A DNA stretch of 61,372 nucleotides, counting the filler. It is 5 parts of 5 records of this genome, joined end to end, with 100 filler letters (N's around TTAATTAATTAA, not from the genome) between each part and the next. Parts side by side here need not be neighbours in the genome. Positions count along the whole stretch, not along the records: positions 51,185 to 61,372 come from DRR378314_1611; 4 more parts are not named here. The stretch is one strand, 5' to 3'. Made by a program: the position numbers and the translations under genes. Positions 57,093-61,372 of this stretch are shown in pieces. Within the stretch, counting starts at the first letter, position 1, and every line of letters starts with the position of its first letter. The notes under the pieces are model-generated. The model worked only from the letters and a program-made list of their open reading frames with translations, made no database searches and was not told the DNA's origin.

Positions 57093-60000
57093 CTACAGGC
57101 GCGCAGACGATCCGTCCAGGAGCCCGAGGAGCTGGTGGGCAAACAAGTCGACATCGCTGGCAAACTGCTCCGCCTTTGCTGCGTGGCGCGCGGTCACATG
57201 CACATACGACTCGTCCTTGTGGATGCCGTACCCGACACCGATACCGACATCTGTAACGGGACCGAACCCTGAAATACAATGGGAAGAATAGCACCGATTC
57301 CGCGGGCCCGGGCATTCAGAGAGTCATCGCGCGCTTCCCAACGGGCGAAGCGTACCGTGTCGCGGCGCACAACACCGCGGCGATCACGGAGAGCGCTGCG
57401 GTACGCGCGCACTGGACCGCACCGGCCACCCGCGCGCTCGCAACACTGCGCACCGTCGTGACCCGTTGAACCACTCCTCTATCTACGTACCTGGGAACAG
57501 CGTAGATTTGCTTCCGGTCCCGAGCTGCGAGGTGCTCATCAGGTCCCTACTCCACTGCTGGTACGCGGGCAGCGTGAACAGTCTCGGCACCGGCACGCCT
57601 TTCTCCGCGGCCAAGCACTGCAGCGCGCGCACCGCACAAGGGAGCGGGAGCGCGTTGCACACGTGAGCGCAGGCGTGTCCCTGTGCATCTTCTGCCGTGC
57701 GTAGCGCTGGGCTCCACGCAGCCGCGCGGAAAGCACTCGCCCCGCCCCGGTCCAGCGTCCTCCGTCGCTCGCTCGCTCTGCGTTTGCGCCCACCCGCCGC
57801 ACTGCTGCGCCGCCTCGCTGCTCTTCGCCCCGCACAGCTGCTACGCCGCACCGCCGCACCACCCCGCCGCCGCTCCCGCCCTATCACGAGCTCCGCGGTC
57901 CCGCCCCGCCGCCTTCCCTCCTACCGCGAGGCCGACACTCGCTTACGTGCATCACTACGGGACGCACAACACTTCCGCGTACACACGCCGGACGCACGCG
58001 CGAGCCTCTTTCAGGTACGCTGATACGCTGCTCGGCGCTGCATCGCAATCGCTTCCCGTGCGCCTCCTCGGCTCGCCGCCGCACGCGATGGCGTAGCGCG
58101 GCGCACAAGCGCGCACCTTGAGAGCGTAGAGATGGCGATCAAACCCTCTCCCTTCCTTCCAGTTGCTGCACATTTTGCGATGGACGCGTCCAGCCTGGTC
58201 CAGCATGTCGCGGAGTGCGGGCTGCGGACGGTCCTTGGCGAGGAACGCGCGCACAAACTCGTCCATGGGGCTCGTCAGCGGCCGCACTGCGTCGGTCCGC
58301 CCGTGTGAAAACGACGCGGTGGAGATCGACTCGTACGTCTGCACGGGCTTTCCGAACAACCTGTCCGCCGCACACCACACGCGGCACCGTGTCGCGTGAG
58401 TACGTGCCACTCGCGTAGCGTGAACGCGTGCATTACATTTCAGCTCCGCCGTATCCGGTACGTGCGCACACACAGCCCCAGTGACAAAGATGAACCGTAC
58501 CTGCGCGCCGCGAGCTGGTACGCAGTCTGCAAAAACGCATCCGGGGAGATGCCGCGCTTCACAATGTCCTTCTTGCCGATCTCCAGACGCTTCGCGCAGA
58601 TACTCACGGAGCGGCAGAGTTCCTTGTGGCTCGCTTGCGCAGCGGCGAGGAGCTCTTCCACGGTACGATCCACCACAAATGGTACGTGTTCAACGGGCGC
58701 TTGTGCCGCTTCAGCAGCAGTACGACCCGTATCGCCACACAGCGCGAGACTGCGCGTCGTCGGAGCGAGAGAAAGCAGCGACAACGAGGGTGCAGTGGTG
58801 AGCGAGTGTTCTGCGCCTCTGTGTGATCTCTCCCTGCGGCCGGGAAGCGTTTGCACACGATCCGTACCGCACTACCGTGCAAGCACCCTCCTCACCGGCG
58901 CACATCGTATCGCTATCGCCGTTTGCGTGTGCGTGTCTGTCTGTCTGTGTGGGTGTGGGTGTGGGTGTGGGTGTGTGCGTCCGTACGGCGCATAGAGTGA
59001 TCGCTGCGCACGCACCGCGGCACCGCGGTACTGACACACAACAGTGTAAGGGTGTTTGTTCGCGCGTGTGCTCCGTGTACCCAGTGGCCTCGACCGCCTC
59101 TCGCGCAGCACAACGTGGACGCGTGAGCAGTGTACGTGGCGCATAGTGACGGGTTACGGTGCGTACCTCTTCTCGTACATGCACTCCATTGCGGCAAGCA
59201 TCGGCATACCGTCGACTACGGAGTGCTCCATGAGCACCGCAGCGCGACCGCGACGATCAACCAGCAGACACGACTTGTCGTACCACCTGTATCAACAACA
59301 ACGAAGTAGGACGAACGAGAAGAGCGATGAAGCACACACACACACGTGCGCAAAGAGAGTGTGTGTGTATGTGCGGTGTGTGTGTGTCCTAGCAGGTGTA
59401 AGCGTCGTGTGCGATGAGGCGAGTTGTCCGTGGGCGCTCGCGTTTGGTCATGAGGAGTAGGATCAGACGCGGACGCACACAGTTCCGGCACAGCACGCAC
59501 GACAATACCGCGCGATGCATGCGCACATCTGCAATACATCGCAACGGGTGTGTATACCGCCAACGCATAGAGCAAACCGCGCTGGTGTGCTACACGGACG
59601 GTGAGCGGGACACGACACGTAGAGTCAAGGGAAATGGCACACACGCGCGCGCACACACAACCAAGGCGTCGCACGGCGGCCGTGGCAGGGTGAAGGTGCC
59701 GCGTGCGCCGCAGGACCGCAGCGTGTACGCACCGATCGTGAGCGACCTCCGCAGTGGCGCCGAGGAACGATCGACACACGTCCGACAGATCCGTACCGCC
59801 CGGTCCGTCCAGACACACAACGAACAGAGCGGACTCGACCTTCTCCAGACTCTTGGCGTTGTCGTGGTGCTCAAGGAGGCGCTGGTGAGGGTACGCGTAC
59901 ACGCGCGGACAGCAGCAGTGGACAGTGAGGTGGAGCACGCGTGCACCATAGCGCGGACGCAACTATCGCGCCAAGGCACAACTTCCACGCGCCACATCGC

Positions 60001-61301
60001 TCCAAGGGCAGGTGAGGCGCATAGTACGCGGTCACAGCGCTCGCCCGCGCATGTGCGGGCACGTGTGTTTAGCGAGAGTGCGTCGCTATGCGCACACTGT
60101 CGCTCTTCGGAGTCGCCTTCGATCGCGTACCTGGCGGCCCGCCGCCCACACGTCGCGCGACTGCGACGTCAACACGCCGATGCCACTCCCTGCCTGCATA
60201 CGCAACAGCGACGCGTACAGCACCGCGTGAGACCGCAGTCTTTCACTGCACCAGCGCATGCAGAGACGGGTGCGCAGTGAGGGCAATGTGCGCTCCGTCT
60301 CGCTCCCGGGTGAATACGGGCGCGTACGGAGCGCACGTGGGTAATACCAGCGGTCCAGCACCGATGCCGGAGAGAGTGTACGCGGAAGCGCGCTGGTACA
60401 CGAAGGGACCGAGGGAGGGGAAGCGCACATCACATGTCCACCCGCACGTGAACGCAGGGGAGGGAAAATCGCATGGCACACGGATCCACGTGCGTTGTGC
60501 GCTGCGCTCTCCGGGTACACGGTGCGGTTCTCTGCCTTGCGCGTGGCTACGCAGAGTGTGTGCGTGTACCGCCGGTGCGAGCTCTCCCGCTCCCGAGCAG
60601 CACTCCGGAGCGTAAAAGCGCAGCAAACCGTGTGTGTGCGTGTGTGCAGGAACTGCGGCGCCAGTGCGGCGTGGTGCACTCCGTACCTCGCGTGTGGCGG
60701 CAGAGCGGATAATCGACTCGAGGGCGCTGCGGCACGCACTGGCGTTGGACCACACCGAGCGCTCCACACTCCACACAGAACCCGCGTACATCACTACGAT
60801 GTGATTCGCGTGTTCATGGGTCGCAATGGTATCACGCTCCGCCCCAGGGATGCGCACGGTGCGGAAGAGACGCGTATACGGAACGGCGCAGTGGTCCGGT
60901 ACCGGGTACGAGCCGTTGTCCAGCGACCTGCACCGCGCCGCAGCGAATGAGCGAGTGCGCGCGCCGGTAAGCGCCTTGACGTCGGTACCCGGGGAGCGCA
61001 ATTCGGATTTTTTGCGCCCCACGGCAGCGCAGCGGCGACGCCCGAGAGCTACCGGGGAGTACGCTGCCCCAGCAGGGCGAGGCGGTGCACGCGCCGCGAG
61101 GAGCACGCGCTCGCCCCGTCGCCCTTCCTTCTCCTCCCGCGCGCACGATGCAGCGGCACGGAAGGGACGCATGCACGGTACGTGCGCGCACGAGGCTAGG
61201 CGAGGGTCACGAGTGGCGTCGCGCGCCATTACCGGCAGCAGTGCCGACACGTACGTGATGAAATCGTCGAGTCCGCTGAGGAGGCGCGCCGCCCGATCGC
61301 A
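57093..61301 (-). CDS. Choline/carnitine O-acyltransferase, spliced, 5'-partial; C-terminal PTS1-like ARL
   Basis: Exons 61301-61255, 60927-60687, 60193-60131, 59881-59733, 59286-59167, 58749-58501, 58360-58117, 57617-57491, 57268-57093. Motifs RLFRTVRIPG, VLTSQSRDVW, FVVCLD, RWYDKS, catalytic EHSVVDG, SPDAFLQ, TYES..GRTD, GFDRHL, STS, GFGPV. Confidence 0.9.
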
Positions 61302-61372
61302 CTGCACCCGCACCCGCACCCGCACCCGCACGCCTCTCCGTTAGCGGTAGCGCGGTGCGGGCGCTGCGTCGC

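Noticed and set aside
58947-61331. Hexamer tandem repeats (GTGTGG)n near 58947-58970 and (GCACCC)n at 61304-61331 as telomeric or CRISPR-like repeats
   Set aside because: They are short intronic microsatellites with no spacers and differing units. No CRISPR array or cas gene was seen anywhere in the window.

Overview
The window is not one molecule. It is five contigs joined by identical artificial 100-nt spacers (N44-TTAATTAATTAA-N44). Contigs 1-3 (1-9191, 9292-27452, 27553-42477) come from a high-GC gammaproteobacterium, probably Alcanivorax/Alloalcanivorax-like (inference from gene order and protein content, not from a search). They are mostly core genes: queG-nnr-tsaE-amiB-mutL-miaA-hfq-hflXKC-hisZ-purA, ffh-rpsP-rimM-trmD-rplS, xerD-dsbC-alaC-hom-thrC, and nagZ/mscS/hpt. 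They also carry three accessory modules: (i) a lipoprotein copper-radical oxidase (galactose oxidase/AA5-like) in an operon with an uncharacterised secreted, internally duplicated protein whose predicted mature N-terminus is His; (ii) a circularly permuted, non-Tat lipoprotein PhoX with a di-heme c-type lipoprotein partner and a candidate Pho-box array, sitting between purA and a tRNA-Leu; (iii) an unannotated porin next to a BCCT transporter. Contigs 4-5 (42578-51084, 51185-61372) are eukaryotic, with spliceosomal introns. They encode XPB helicase, an IBR plus MYCBP2-like RING(-Cys-Relay) E3 ligase fusion, CWC22, a cAMP-receptor-like GPCR and a carnitine acyltransferase ending in a PTS1. All 23 splice donors I resolved are GT-N-C-G. 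No CRISPR array, rRNA, IS or prophage was seen. All calls come from motif recognition by eye; no database searches were run.
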